Of a stretch of DNA of 64,000 nt, positions 1 to 12,595 are shown piece after piece. The stretch's first letter is position 1, and every line of letters starts with the position of its first letter. Under the pieces are notes generated by a model. It made no database searches. It worked only from the letters and a program-made list of their open reading frames with translations, and was not told where the DNA came from. The position numbers and the translations under genes are program-made. The DNA comes from Salpingoeca rosetta (Eukaryota; Protista; Choanoflagellata): NCBI GenBank assembly GCA_033442325.1, contig JAWQFM010000031.1, positions 531,497-595,496 of the forward strand, given 5' to 3'.

Positions 1-5
1 AGCGC

Positions 6-2506
6 GTGGAGACCTTCGCCATCCACCACGATGCCCTCATGCTGCAGCCCGAGGGCGAGGAGGAGGGCCACGCCATCGGACCAGTGTCACAACAGCTCTG
101 GCTCGCTGACAGCGGTGCCACGGCGCACATCACCAGCGACGCCTCCCTCCTCACCAACTACATCGCCGTCACGCAGCACGTCACCGTTGCCAACAACCAG
201 GCCGTCACGGTCATCGGCAAGGGCGACGCCGTGCTCCGCGTGACTGGCACCGACGGCGTTCCAGGCACCATCACGCTGAAGAACGTGCTGCATGTCCCCG
301 ACATCAAGTACAACCTTCTGGCGCTGAACCTGGTGACTCGTGCGCGTCGTGGTGCTTCCATCGTCATTGCTGCGGACGACAGCCGCATCCAGTTTGCCAC
401 ATGGAGTGTGCCTCTGCTGCCGTCCAAGGACACCGGCCACCTCTTCCTCTACGCCAGCGCCACGACCTCCCAACAAGCCACGGCGCTTGCGGGGGAGCTA
501 GTGCACAGCAGCGATGAGGAAGCCGAGGATGCTGACGAGGGCGCCTCTGCACACGACGTGCTAGGCCATCGCAGCAGCGCGGCCGTTGACGCCATCCGGC
601 AGCAGATCGCCCAGGCCTCTTCCAAGCACATCGTCACCTGTGGACCATGTGCGCTTGGCAAGAGCACGCGCGCCTCCATCCCAAAGCAGTCTGCTCCACG
701 TAGCGCTGGGCCATGCCAGCTGCTCTACGCCGACATCGCCGGTCCGCTGGAGGAGACGTCGCTGCGAGGTGCACGCTACGCGCTGACCTTCATCGACGAC
801 TGCACGCGTTTCGCCTGGACGTTTCTCATCCGGCACAAGAACGACGTCGGTGCGGCCCTGGAGCAGCTGCGCAAGGACCGTCACGTCATCAACGCGCTCC
901 GAGGCGCCACGCTGCAGACGGACAGCGACGCCGTCTTCAAGAGCCAGGACTTCACCGACCTGTGCCTGGCCTTCGACATCAAGCAGCGCTTCTCGCCACC
1001 GCACTCGCAGGCCAAGAACGGATCCGCGGAGCGCACCTTCCGCACCCTCTTTGAGACGGCGCGCACGATGCTGTTTGCTGCGGACCTGGACAAGCCGTTC
1101 TGGGGCTTCGCCGTGCAGCACGCCACGCTGCTGCACAACATCGCGCCACGCAGGAGCCTCAAGGACAAGTCACCGTTCGAGGCCCTGACTGGGCACGCCT
1201 TCGACGTCAGCCTGCTGCGCGTCTTCGGCTCGCCGGCCTACGTGCATGTGGAGAAGAGCAGCACGCGGCACAAGCTTGACCCACGCTCACGCGTCGGCGT
1301 CTACGTCGGCTTCGCCGAGGAGGACCAGGCCCACGTCGTCTGGATGCCGGACACGCGACGCGTTGTCCACACCATCCACGCTCGCTTCGGCGCCATCAAG
1401 AACAAGGACGCCGCCTCCTCTCAGCAGCAGCAAGAGCAGGACGACAGCGGTGCCTCTGCTTCGCATGCCAACAAGACCGCTCAGCGTTCGACCGAGGACA
1501 GTGCCACCGGCGCTCCCACTGCACCACGTGCGGGGGAGCCGCAGCTCCAGCCACGCGCACTTGGCGGCTCCGTCTGGGACCAGCTGCTGTTGTCCGAGAC
1601 CCTCGGCGACAAGGACACCCCTGGTGGCTCAACCACCACGTGTCACGTTGCCACCAGCGCTGCTGGTACGGGGGAGAAGACATCAGCAGTGGGTGGTCAT
1701 CTACCAGACATCGCTGCTGGCAGTGCTGTCACGTCAGCTGAGCCAGCCACCGTCAAGGAGGCGCTTGCCTCGCCAGACTCTGAGGAGTGGCGCCAAGCCA
1801 TCCTGGACGAGTTTGCGGCAATGCAGGCCAATGACGTCTACGACGTCGTGCCTCGCGCTGACCTTCCCAAGGGCCAGAAGGTGCTCCGCAGCATGGTCAT
1901 CTTTCGGAGGAAGCGCGATGACCAGGGCAAGGTGATCAAGTACAAGGCGCGCTGGGTTGCCAAAGGCTACTCCCAGGTCCACGGTGTCAACTACACGGAC
2001 ACCTTTGCTCCGACGGCTACCATCGCAGCCATCCGCACCATGCTCGCCATGGCCGTCGCGCGTGGCATGGACATCCAACAGATGGACGTCAACACGGCGT
2101 TCCTCAACGCGCCCGTGGATCACGAGATCTACGTCCAGCCACCGGCCGTCGACGGCATCTTCTCGCCGAATACGGTGCTGCGCCTCAAGCGCGGGGCTGT
2201 ATGGGCTGAAGCAGAGCCCGCGCCTGTGGAACCACACGCTGGACGCCTGGATGCGCGAGCAGGACTTCGTCGCCACAGCCACGGACGCCTGCATCTACCG
2301 CCGCACCTGCAAGGGTGGCAAAGTGATGTGGGTTGCCGTCTACGTGGACGACCTCCTCATCTTCGCCGACAGCGACAGCGACATGGCCGCGTTCAGGAAG
2401 GCCATTTCAAGCGCTTCAGATGAAGGACCTGGGCAGCCCAGACTATGTCTCGGCATCAAGGTGCGGCATGACCGCAAGGCCAGGGACGGTCACCATGAGC
2501 CAGGAG
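6..2506 (+). CDS. Copia Pol polyprotein (partial), with frameshifts near 2192 and 2415-2445
   Basis: ORF 6..2423 carries PR, IN and the RT N-terminus. RT continues in frame 1957 (GLYGLKQ..YVDDLL) and then frame 2333 (MKDLG..VTMSQE). The frameshifts are near the contig end, so they may be sequencing errors. Confidence 0.88.
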
Positions 2507-2984
2507 NNNNNNNNNNNNNNNNNNNNNNNNNNNNNNNNNNNNNNNNNNNNNNNNNNNNNNNNNNNNNNNNNNNNNNNNNNNNNNNNNNNNNNNNNNNNNN
2601 NNNNNNNNNNNNNNNNNNNNNNNNNNNNNNNNNNNNNNNNNNNNNNNNNNNNNNNNNNNNNNNNNNNNNNNNNNNNNNNNNNNNNNNNNNNNNNNNNNNN
2701 NNNNNNNNNNNNNNNNNNNNNNNNNNNNNNNNNNNNNNNNNNNNNNNNNNNNNNNNNNNNNNNNNNNNNNNNNNNNNNNNNNNNNNNNNNNNNNNNNNNN
2801 NNNNNNNNNNNNNNNNNNNNNNNNNNNNNNNNNNNNNNNNNNNNNNNNNNNNNNNNNNNNNNNNNNNNNNNNNNNNNNNNNNNNNNNNNNNNNNNNNNNN
2901 NNNNNNNNNNNNNNNNNNNNNNNNNNNNNNNNNNNNNNNNNNNNNNNNNNNNNNNNNNNNNNNNNNNNNNNNNNNNNNNNNNNN
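2507..2984. other. Assembly gap (478 N) covering the RT C-terminus/RNase H of the copia element
   Basis: Run of N. Confidence 1.
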
Positions 2985-3180
2985 GACACGCCTTCACTCG
3001 GGCCAGCCTTCCACAACAGGCTGCGCACCACAGGCACCAACCATTTTCTTAAACGTGTTCCACAACACACGTCCTTACTCACATCTCACCTACCTCTGCC
3101 CATGCCATTCCTACATGCATGACATCATCATCATCATCATCACGTTTCAGAACATCAACGCAGCAGAGAGGTAGGTCAAT

Positions 3181-3189
3181 GCGGGGGAG
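3181..3189 (+). promoter_or_regulatory. Polypurine tract (plus-strand primer) of the copia element
   Basis: GCGGGGGAG immediately before TGTTGA, the canonical copia PPT-LTR junction. Confidence 0.75.
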
Positions 3190-3445
3190 TGTTGACAGGC
3201 AAGTCCTGTCTGCTGAGTCATCATTTGACCTCCCTTCTTCACGACACCACAAATTCACATTCACCTCTCTTGTGTTCTGGAATGTTCACGTGATTTCCCT
3301 CCAACCTGTTGCACGTGCAGTGTTTAGCTTGTGTGGTTGCTCGATGTTACATGCTCTTGCATAACACACCACATAACCACACAACTCTCAACAAACACAC
3401 TACACAAGTCTCTAACAGCAGCACCACCACCATGAGTATTCAACA
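3190..3445 (+). repeat. Putative 3' LTR (~256 bp)
   Basis: Starts TGTTGA after the PPT and ends TCAACA at 3440-3445 (perfect 6-bp inverted termini). An alternative TCAACA lies at 3388-3393. The second LTR is not in the window. Confidence 0.65.
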
Positions 3446-3750
3446 GCGGTGCTTCCTGTGTTCTGGTTGTCGAAGCGTCAACGTCTCGTGACGTTGTCAT
3501 CAGCCGAGTCTGAATATGTCGGTATGACAGAAACAGCAAAGCAGGCACTATGGGTGAGGAATTTGTGCGCCGAGCTGTGTCACGAACAAGAGAGCATCAG
3601 TATCAACACGGACTCCAAACCAGCTCTAGCACTCGCCCAACAACACCAGCTCACGCCACGTACCAAGCATCTTGGAATCAGGATGTACTACATACGACAG
3701 CAAGCGCAGGAAGGGAACATCAAGTTGGTGTACCTGACGACGGAACAGCC
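3446..3750 (+). pseudogene. RNase H fragment of a second, older copia element
   Basis: PVFWLSKRQRLVTLSSAESEY...INTDSKPAL...PRTKHLGIRMYYIR...GNIKLVYLTTEQ is the Ty1/copia RNase H signature. It is truncated before the ADxxTK motif and has visibly lower GC than the upstream pol. Confidence 0.85.
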
Positions 3751-4238
3751 AGCAACACCACCACGAAATTTCAACACTTGCACAGCCAACTTTTTCATTT
3801 ACTATTGTTGTGAAAAGTCACTGCGTACTTTATACAAATCTACGACATTGGTTGATGATGTGCAGTAGTGTTCGCTGGCCTCATGCAGCATGATCACCCT
3901 CCTTGTTGAAAACTTACCCGCGTACAATAAAGAACACACAACAAACCACCAGCAATGATGGGGACCGCCCATGAGAATAAAAGTAGCACGCCGTCCTATT
4001 TTCAGGATTGTCAGTGAGTGAGTGTGAGTGTGAGAGTGTTTGTGTGTGTGTGTGTGTGTGAGTGTGTGTGTGTGTGTGTGTGTCTCACTCTCTGGCTCTC
4101 TCTGTCTGTCTGTGTGTGTGTGTGTGCGTGTGTGCGCGCGCGTGTGTGTGTCCGTGTATCCTTGAGTCCTTTGAAACGATCAGTGCCAGCAGTGGTTGCG
4201 CACCTCAATGATGATGTCAAGCAGACGTAATCGAGTTC

Positions 4239-4310
<72 letters not shown>

Positions 4311-4560
4311 GACACAGATCAACTAGTCATTGCAGTCACAATCAACGTTACAGTCACAGTTAAGGTCGGGGCACTGGCAAGCACAATCAACATGGGGCAG
4401 TGGAGACGAGGTGACAATGCTTTGCTTTTTTCTTGCCTGTATCGTGACCAGTAGTCGAGGAGGGAGCAGTACAGACTTTTGATTGCGTGAACGGCAAAGT
4501 GCTGACATTCACGCCACAAGGAACAAGCCCAAGCAAAGAAGCGCTCAACGGACCCACGAA

Positions 4561-4926
4561 AAGAAGAAGAAGAAGAAGAAGAAGAAGAAGAAGAAGAAGA
4601 AGAACAAGAAGAAGAAGAAGAACAAGAACAAGAAGAAGAAGAAGAAGAAGAACAAGAAGAAGAAGAAGAACAAGAACAAGAAGAAGAAGAAGAAGAAGAA
4701 GAAGAAGAAGAACAAGAAGAACAAGAACAAGAAGAACAAGAACAAGAAGAACAAGAAGAAGAAGAAGAAGAAGAAGAAGAACAAGAAGAAGAAGAAGAAC
4801 AAGAACAAGAAGAAGAAGAAGAAGAACAACAACAACAACAACTTAAACAACAACAACTTAAACAACAACTTAAACAACAGCAACTTAAACAACAACTTAA
4901 ACAACAACAACAACTTAAACAACAAC
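4561..4926. repeat. Compound (AAG/AAC)n trinucleotide tract
   Basis: Direct reading. It lies immediately 3' of the stop codon of the minus-strand DUF3883 gene. Confidence 0.97.
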
Positions 4927-4933
4927 TGCCACA

Positions 4934-5753
4934 TCACTCCTCCTCATGTTGTGGTGGCGACACGGGCAGGAGAACGTGCTGCTGGGTGAAGATGGGGTCC
5001 ACAATCACAGCCGCGCTGGCCTTGCGTTCAGCAGGATCAAGCACAACGTACATGAGCGCAAAACGCTGGCGTTGTTCGACTGCGCACGCCACCTCTGCAA
5101 AACACACATGCATACATCACAGAATATGTGGGTGAATGATCCAAGAGAGGAAATGTGTTGTCAAGCGGTCAAGCAAACTCGCACACAATCACGCAGTGGT
5201 GAGCACAGCCAAATGAAAGTGTACACACACACACACGCACGCACGCACGCACACACCCACGCACGCACGCACGCACACACACACACGAATTACACACACA
5301 CACACACACACACACACGAATTACACACACACCCACACACACAAGCAACACAGCTTTGCGTACCGTAAGATGACACGCGCACTGAGGTCTTTGGACCAAC
5401 GGTGGTTTTCACTTCCACGTACACTTTCTCGGTGCCTGCAGCATACACAACAAGCAAGCACAGTATCACAGTCAGTTCATACAATTCACGCTCCTCGTTA
5501 TTAATGTGTACGCCCGTACAGCAACGATCAACTATGTATACATACACACCTTCTTTCGCTGTGCCAAGAATGTCGAAAGGCTCTCCCGTCTCCTTTTGTT
5601 CGTTCATCCACTGCCAATCATATGCGTTGGCATCAGCGAGCAGCTGGTGGCCGTTCTCGTGTTCATCGTCATCCTCCGGCAGCTGAGCGACACACATACA
5701 CACACCAACAAGGGTTGCAAACAACCACCAGGGGATCAAGACGAGTGAGATAC

Positions 5754-5840
<87 letters not shown>

Positions 5841-6706
5841 GCACGCACACACACATGCACACACACACACACACAAATACATACATACATTTACCCCCCC
5901 CCCCCACCCCCACTCACACACGCTGTGCAGGAGGACCGTAATCTGCACGACAAGGTGTTCAGTGCTCTGGTCATCAAACAGGTTGCACACGTGGACTTGC
6001 TCGCACCTCACGAAAACGCGCGACTGCTGTCCAGTCAATTTCGGGCGAGACCATGTGTGCTTCGATGGGTGCAATGGGCACAACACCACGACCACGACCA
6101 CGACGACTATCGTCACCACCGCGGCCGCCATCCCTGCCATGAGCACCGCCAGTGCTGGTCAAGGCACGGGCTCCACCACCGCCATCTGCCGTGACGGGAT
6201 ACGGCGCAAAGGTGGTTCCCGTGGTATTGGTTGCTGGCGTGGGCTCTTCCTCAGCGACCATTCCGTCCTGCTCCTCCTGCTGTCGCTTCGCTTCTCGCTC
6301 GGCGCGCAGTGTCTTTAGCCGTTGCTGGCGCCGCTCCCGCTCTTCTTTCGTTGGAACGGCGCTGGCGAGAATGTGGCGGCCCACTGCAGCCAACTCCGCC
6401 TGCGTCACGCCGTCGGCTCGCATGCTCGTGCTGTTTCCAGTGGCTGCTGTCTGCTCGGTCGCTGGCGACGGCAGCTCCGCCTGCTGCTTGTCCACTTCAG
6501 GCGTTTGTCCTGGTACGAACCATGAACCAACGCCATCAGGGAGTGCCCATTCCTGGGAGAGCTTCGCTGCTACTGCTGATGACGACTCCGCAAGCTGGTT
6601 CAAGACCGCAGCCAGCCGTGTCCACACCTGCGAGTGTAAGAACGTGTGTGCATTTGTATGTGTGTGTTAGGGATGTGAAACGTGAATTTCTGTGTCGTCG
6701 TCGTCG

Positions 6707-6737
<31 letters not shown>

Positions 6738-6935
6738 GTTGGTGTGTGTGTGTGTGTGTGTGTGCTGGCACGAAACGCACACACAGTAGTGATAGCGGTT
6801 GCGGTGGTGGTGTCGTGGTGGTGGTTGGTTGTGTTTTTTGTTGTTGTTGGTGGTGGTGGTTGGTGTTGGTGGTGGTTGTTGTTGGTTGTTGCTGTGTTGG
6901 CCTGTGCAACACCACAATGAACACACACACACACA

Positions 6936-6991
<56 letters not shown>

Positions 6992-7956
6992 GCATATCCA
7001 CCACCCCCCCCCACACACACACACACACACATGCACGCACATGAATGGGAAGATCAGCAAGTGCGAGAAGAATCGCCTTCTTCAGATGCGATCGCGATTG
7101 GTGTCCTGATACAAATTAATACGTGCGTTGCAGATGAGTGCTTGTTCAGGAAACGAGACCTCTCATCAGACAAAGTCAACAAACGTGTACTGCAGGCACA
7201 ACATCATCGCCGGCTTGCTCACGTTCTTGCTGGCTTGGCACAACAAACATGGTGCACGAGTCCTTGTGGAATCCCCAGCGTTGCTCCCTGCAATACAAAA
7301 ACAATGGCAACACAAGCGTAAGCGTCGCCAAAGCGGAGCAAGAGACAGCAGGTGCTCCCAGTCGTGACACGTGTGGCACCACATGACTTACAGTGATAGC
7401 GGCTTGCCCGCGGTAACAGCGCGCTTCCTTCCATCAGCTGTCATGTATCCTGTGATGAAGGCGGAGCAAGGATTTCGTTCAGACAACCGCAAGGGCGACG
7501 AATGTAAATTAATTGTTGAGTGCGCGTGCACTCAACCAGCAAAATACAGTGGTAAACAGGGTGGGTACGTCTGGAGCAGCAGCAGCAGCAGCAGCAGCAT
7601 CAAGCAAGGGTTTACACGGACATTGCGCCAACTCACGAAGCTGCGGCGTCATTGTGATGTTGTTGACACCAGAGATGCGCAGGCCTTGAAAGCGGTTCAA
7701 CAGCTCCTCGTCATCAAGTTCTGTACATGTACATGCGCAGCGGTGATGGTGCAGCGGCGAGCCTTGAATGAGTCAGCGACACATGGCGGATAACACATGT
7801 GGACACAACTGCCCTCCAACCGCGGTGTGTTGTGGCTACCTGCGTCCAAGTGTACCTTGTTTGTGATCAAGTAGAAGGCGTTGTGTGGCTTTCATGAACA
7901 CTTCCAAGTCCTTTTCGTGCATCTGCATTCCAGGGTTGCCGGCTGAAACGGCGCGC

Positions 7957-8030
<74 letters not shown>

Positions 8031-10804
8031 TTTTGTGTGTGTGTGTGTGTTGGTGCAACGTGTCCAGAAGGTGAGGAACATGTGCATAAAGTCATGACAA
8101 CTTGCACACAAGCATGCGCGATGCAACAACAACCCCGCAAAAGCACACACACACACACACGCACACAACACGCACACACGAACATAACACACGCACACAC
8201 ACAGACGAGCGTGTGGTTGTGCAGACCTGGTTGTCCAGCAAGAACCTGCAGCTGCAGTGCTTTCATCGTGGTGGGAATATTGAGAACGGTCGTGTACACG
8301 TGCGGTAGAATCCGGCGCGCGTCCTTGATGGGCATGTTGCTTGCCAACGCGTCCTTCAGCACAAAGCGGGCAGAGGTCGTGTTGAAGCACTCCTCAACGC
8401 GCAAGCTGTCACAGTCACACAAATGCATGTCAATGTCAAGCAAGGATGAGTACGTGCGCAACACTCCTCGGGCAAACGTCGCAAAGACACACACACACAC
8501 ACACATACAGAGAGTCTCTCTCTATTTCTTTCTTCCCCCCTCCCCACACCCATGCCTCCGCCCACGCACGCATGCACACGCATGCATTGGCACTGGCTCT
8601 CCACCACGACGACCACCTCTCATTCCAGCGTCTCCACACCCACCTTGCCCACAGGTCGGTGTCGTTGGCGAGGAAAACGGGGCCATCGCATGACACCATC
8701 TCCAAATCTGCGGTTGTTGGCACAGGCAAGCGCTTCCGCAGCATGTCTCGCACACCTGACAAAATGTGATGCCATGTGTGCGTGTGCGTGTGCGTGAATG
8801 TGAGTGCATGCGTGCGGGCATGCAATCACGTCAGACATCAGGGGACAAGAAGAAGATACCAGCAAAGATCAGCAGAGGCATGCATGACTTGACTGAGTGC
8901 TGTGTCTACGGTTAATGTGTGTGTGTGCCTGCTTGTGAATGTGCTTGCTTGCTTGTCATTGCGTGTGTGTTGTTGTTGTCGACGCACGCTTGCCGCGACC
9001 AGTAGAAGACCTACCTTTTGCTTCCTGCGACAATGTTTGGCGTCCAACAGCGCTGTCATCTCCGTCGTGCTGCTCTTCCACCTCCTCATTCTTATCTTCA
9101 TCAAAGCGAAGGCCTGGAGAAAGCCGAGGCGTGAGTATTGAGTGCCTGAGCTGAACATCTAACGGCAAGGAACAACAACGCTTGTGCGACATACAAAGCC
9201 ACACACGCACACGCTCACACACAGACACATGCGCACCCACAGGACCACACCATTCACTCCCACATGTTACTCACCAGCTGGTACCATGTATGCGATGTTG
9301 GTGAGGACACGCAAGAGGCTGTATGTGCACAAGCGCTTCAGGCCCTCGTCGCGCGCCTTCCTCGCTTCCTCCTGTCTCTGGTGCAGCACGCCAGCCGCCG
9401 TCACATACTGCCCAACGAAAAGACGCAGCACAGACAGGGCACAGACGCGTAAGGGGGGGGCAGAACATAAAGTGAGCCACCCAGCCATCCACAGAACTGA
9501 CAACGTGAGACGGGCACACCTCGAAGCACCTGCCTCAACACATCACACCACACCAAATGTATCACCACACCACACCACACATCGCACGACACCATGTATC
9601 ACATCACAACACCGCAACACGGCGTGTGCGTCACCTCTTCCAACGTGGGCCGCACAGGAACGCCTAGCTGCTGCAGGACCTGCGGCATTGCGCGGCTCGG
9701 GAGATGGCTGTGAAAAGATGCGAGGCGACGGGAGCAGGAGCACATGTGCTTCAACATTAGCAGACACACGTCAGCAGTGATGAGAAAATAGCATACGGTA
9801 CGAAACAGCGTGCCCAATGCAAAAATATACACAGACACACGTCCACACACGCACGTACATACAGACATATGGGCACGTACACACAGACACACGTACACAC
9901 AGACACACACACACTCACACACTCACACACGTACACACACACACACACAACACAACACAACACATGCCACAGCACAAAACAATACCATTGCACGCACTCT
10001 GTGAGGACGACTTTGTCCAAAACGTCTCTGAAGAGAATGCGAGCGCTCTCGCGTGGTGTTGGTGCACTATGGCGCTGAGACGGCCACACCTTCTTCGTGT
10101 GACTTGGCTCCTCCCACACACACGAGGACAGCGGCACGGGCTGCATCTTGATGGCCGTCGTGACACCGCTCGTGGCGCTGCTGCTCTTGCTGGCAGCATG
10201 CTCCTTCCTGTTTGTGCTGCTGTTGCTCTTCGTTTTGGGCTTCGTGTCACCGTGCATTGGAACGAGCAAGCACGTCGTAGACGTGTCGGTTGTGGACAGC
10301 GATTGCACAAAGGCGGCATCCGCGTCCACAAACGCCAGCGCCGCCAGGACCACATCCGCTGTGATGCGTTTGCCTGCAAGCACAGCACTCTTGGGCGATT
10401 CAGCAGCATCAGCAGCATCAGCAGCACCAGCGGTGATGGTGGTGGTGATGGCGCGCCAGGCGTCTTGTGATGTCGGTGCATCGCGAATACCAATGCGCTT
10501 GAGGTGCGCGCGTGCATCGGCGGAGGGGCGGATGTCGCCCCACGCCACGCGCCGGAACAGCGGCTTCCATTGAAGAAGGTGGGGGGGGGGGGCAGAGAGT
10601 GTAATCATTGAGGGAGTGGGCATTGGGTGTTGTGGGGAGGGTTGTACGTGTGTGCGTTGTGGGTGGAAAGACCTGGCGTGGGCACAGGCGCAGGTGTGCT
10701 CAAGGGATGCAAAGCCCACAACAACATTCCCAATTGCACCTTCCTTCCCTCCTCTCCACACACATCCACAGATACATACACACACAGATGCTGTACACAC
10801 ACAA

Positions 10805-10840
<36 letters not shown>

Positions 10841-11794
10841 CCACAGACCATGGCCGCACCTGGGGATGTGGGTGGAAGAGACACAAACACGTCCTTCGGA
10901 GTACAGAGCTCGCCGTCAGTCGTGAGCACCCAACAATGCTCAGCCAGCGTCCTGTCATCAGAGTTTCAAGGAAAGAGCAAACCAGGCAACAGGCAGTGAT
11001 TGTGGTTGCGTGAGCGAAAGCGAGAGGAAGGCGTGTTGGCGTGTTCGTGTGTGTAAGCAAGCGTGAGGATGAGTGAGAGAAGTCTCACAAAGGCACAGAT
11101 AAATGCCTGCATTGCCTCTCAACACAAAACGCGAGACAATGAGGAATCGGTAGTCTTACGTGAAGAGTGACGACGGTGTTGTGGTTGGCAACCACTCGTC
11201 TCCGACCTGGACTTCCTTGCGCATCAGCTGTTCACCAAGCGGTGGTGTCGGCAACAATGGTGAGCATGGATCCAGGCAACGTGTGCATGTGTGTGTGCGT
11301 GTGTGCGCGAGAGAGAACGTGTGTTTCTGTGTGCGATGGTTCCTGAACATGTTTTGTGCATGTGCAAGTGCATTTGTGTATGCATGTGCATGTGCGTTTG
11401 TGTGCATGTACATGTGCGTATGTGTGGAGGCGTGCGCAGGGATGGCGGTTGTGTTGTGAGCACCACCTTGGCGACGGCAGCAAGGTGGTTGCCAAGAAGT
11501 TCCGCACAGAACAAGCGCTTCTGGTCATCACTGCCAATCATGCATGTTCATATTCGCAGCATGGACGCGGAACGCGCGCGCATGAGCCAACAGCAGCAGC
11601 AAAAACATCAGCAAGAGATGCATGTACACAAGCAGGAGGTCACACACATGCTCAAGCACACAAACAAACAAACAAACAAACAAACAAACAAACAAACAAA
11701 CAAAACAACCAACCAACCAAACAAGCACACAAACACACAAACAAACAAAAACAAACAAACGAACAAGCAAACAAACAAACAAACAACAAACAAA

Positions 11795-11837
<43 letters not shown>

Positions 11838-11913
11838 CAAACAAACAAACAACGCACCTCATGTGCGGCAGCGCTTCAGCAAGGAGTGGACAACAAACAT
11901 CGCGCACCAGCAC
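4934..11913 (-). CDS. NO VEIN-like multi-exon protein with C-terminal DUF3883 (NOV_C) PD-(D/E)XK nuclease domain; 5' end not identified
   Basis: About 20 phase-compatible GT-AG exons chained from 11913 to TGA at 4934-4936. The last exons (5550-5682, 5364-5435, 4934-5094) splice to WQWMNEQKETGEPFDIL..G..VYVEVKTT..SVRVSSYEVACAVEQRQRFALMYV, matching the DUF3883 pattern W.NE..E.G.P[FY]DI..[YF][IV]EVK[TS]T..S..E...A. Internal exons have NOV-like segments (LCTPKDVF, PLSSCVW, LGVPVRP..Y, PVFLAND..L). Confidence 0.8.
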
Positions 11914-12527
11914 CTGAATAAAGTGGGGAGCGAGGCGATGCATGGTGCAAAGGTTAGACGTTCGAATCGAAGAAAGATGCAACGTGCAGCACTTACTGGT
12001 AGGTGGCAAAGTGTCCAATGCACACAAGCGCAAACGTGTATTCACGCGCATACAAACACGCACACAAGCACACACACACACACAAGCACACAAGCACTCA
12101 CACACAAGCTTGTGCGCCAGCAGTGAACTGGTGTTGCTGTTCGCTGAATGTTCGTGAATGTTTTCCTCTATTTCTCCACAACAACACCAACAAAACACGG
12201 ATGAGACACACACACACACACACACTCTCTCTCTCTCTATCTCTCGCTCTCTCATGTTGGCTTGTGTGCTTGCACACTCCTTTGCCGTTCATCACACTCA
12301 GTTCCTTGGCAGTGAGGAAACAGCACGCAACAAGATTGAAGCAGGACACGCAAAAGGAAAGACACAAACACCAATCAAAGCACACAGGGCAAGGAAAAAG
12401 CACACAGACATACAGACACACGTACGCACACGCACACGCACACACCCATTCCCCCCCCCCACACACACACAGACACACACACAGACACACACACAGACAC
12501 ACACACACACAGACACACACACACACC

Positions 12528-12591
<64 letters not shown>

Positions 12592-12595
<4 letters not shown>

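Larger units (their letters stand above)
1..3445 (+). mobile_element. Ty1/copia LTR retrotransposon, 3' portion (pol, PPT, 3' LTR); 5' part lies outside the window
   Basis: Copia domain order PR-IN-RT: protease WLADSGATAH, integrase H..LGH/CGPC zinc motif and D-D-E (YADIAGP, QTDSD, NGSAER), RT motifs KARWVAKGYSQ, QMDVNTAFLN, LYGLKQSPRLW, YVDDLL. A purine tract and a TGTTGA...TCAACA-bounded segment follow the gap. Confidence 0.93.

Noticed and set aside
2185-2200. Programmed ribosomal frameshift in pol
   Set aside because: It lies inside the conserved RT motif, which is not a known copia frameshift site. An extra G in a G-run near the contig end is better explained as error or mutation.
3751-4010. 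AT-richer segment after the RNase H fragment as a possible DNA transposon end
   Set aside because: No terminal inverted repeat partner or TSD found in the window.
5955-5980. TGATGA...CTGA on the minus strand inside a short intron (possible box C/D snoRNA)
   Set aside because: Only 8 nt between the boxes, too short for a snoRNA.
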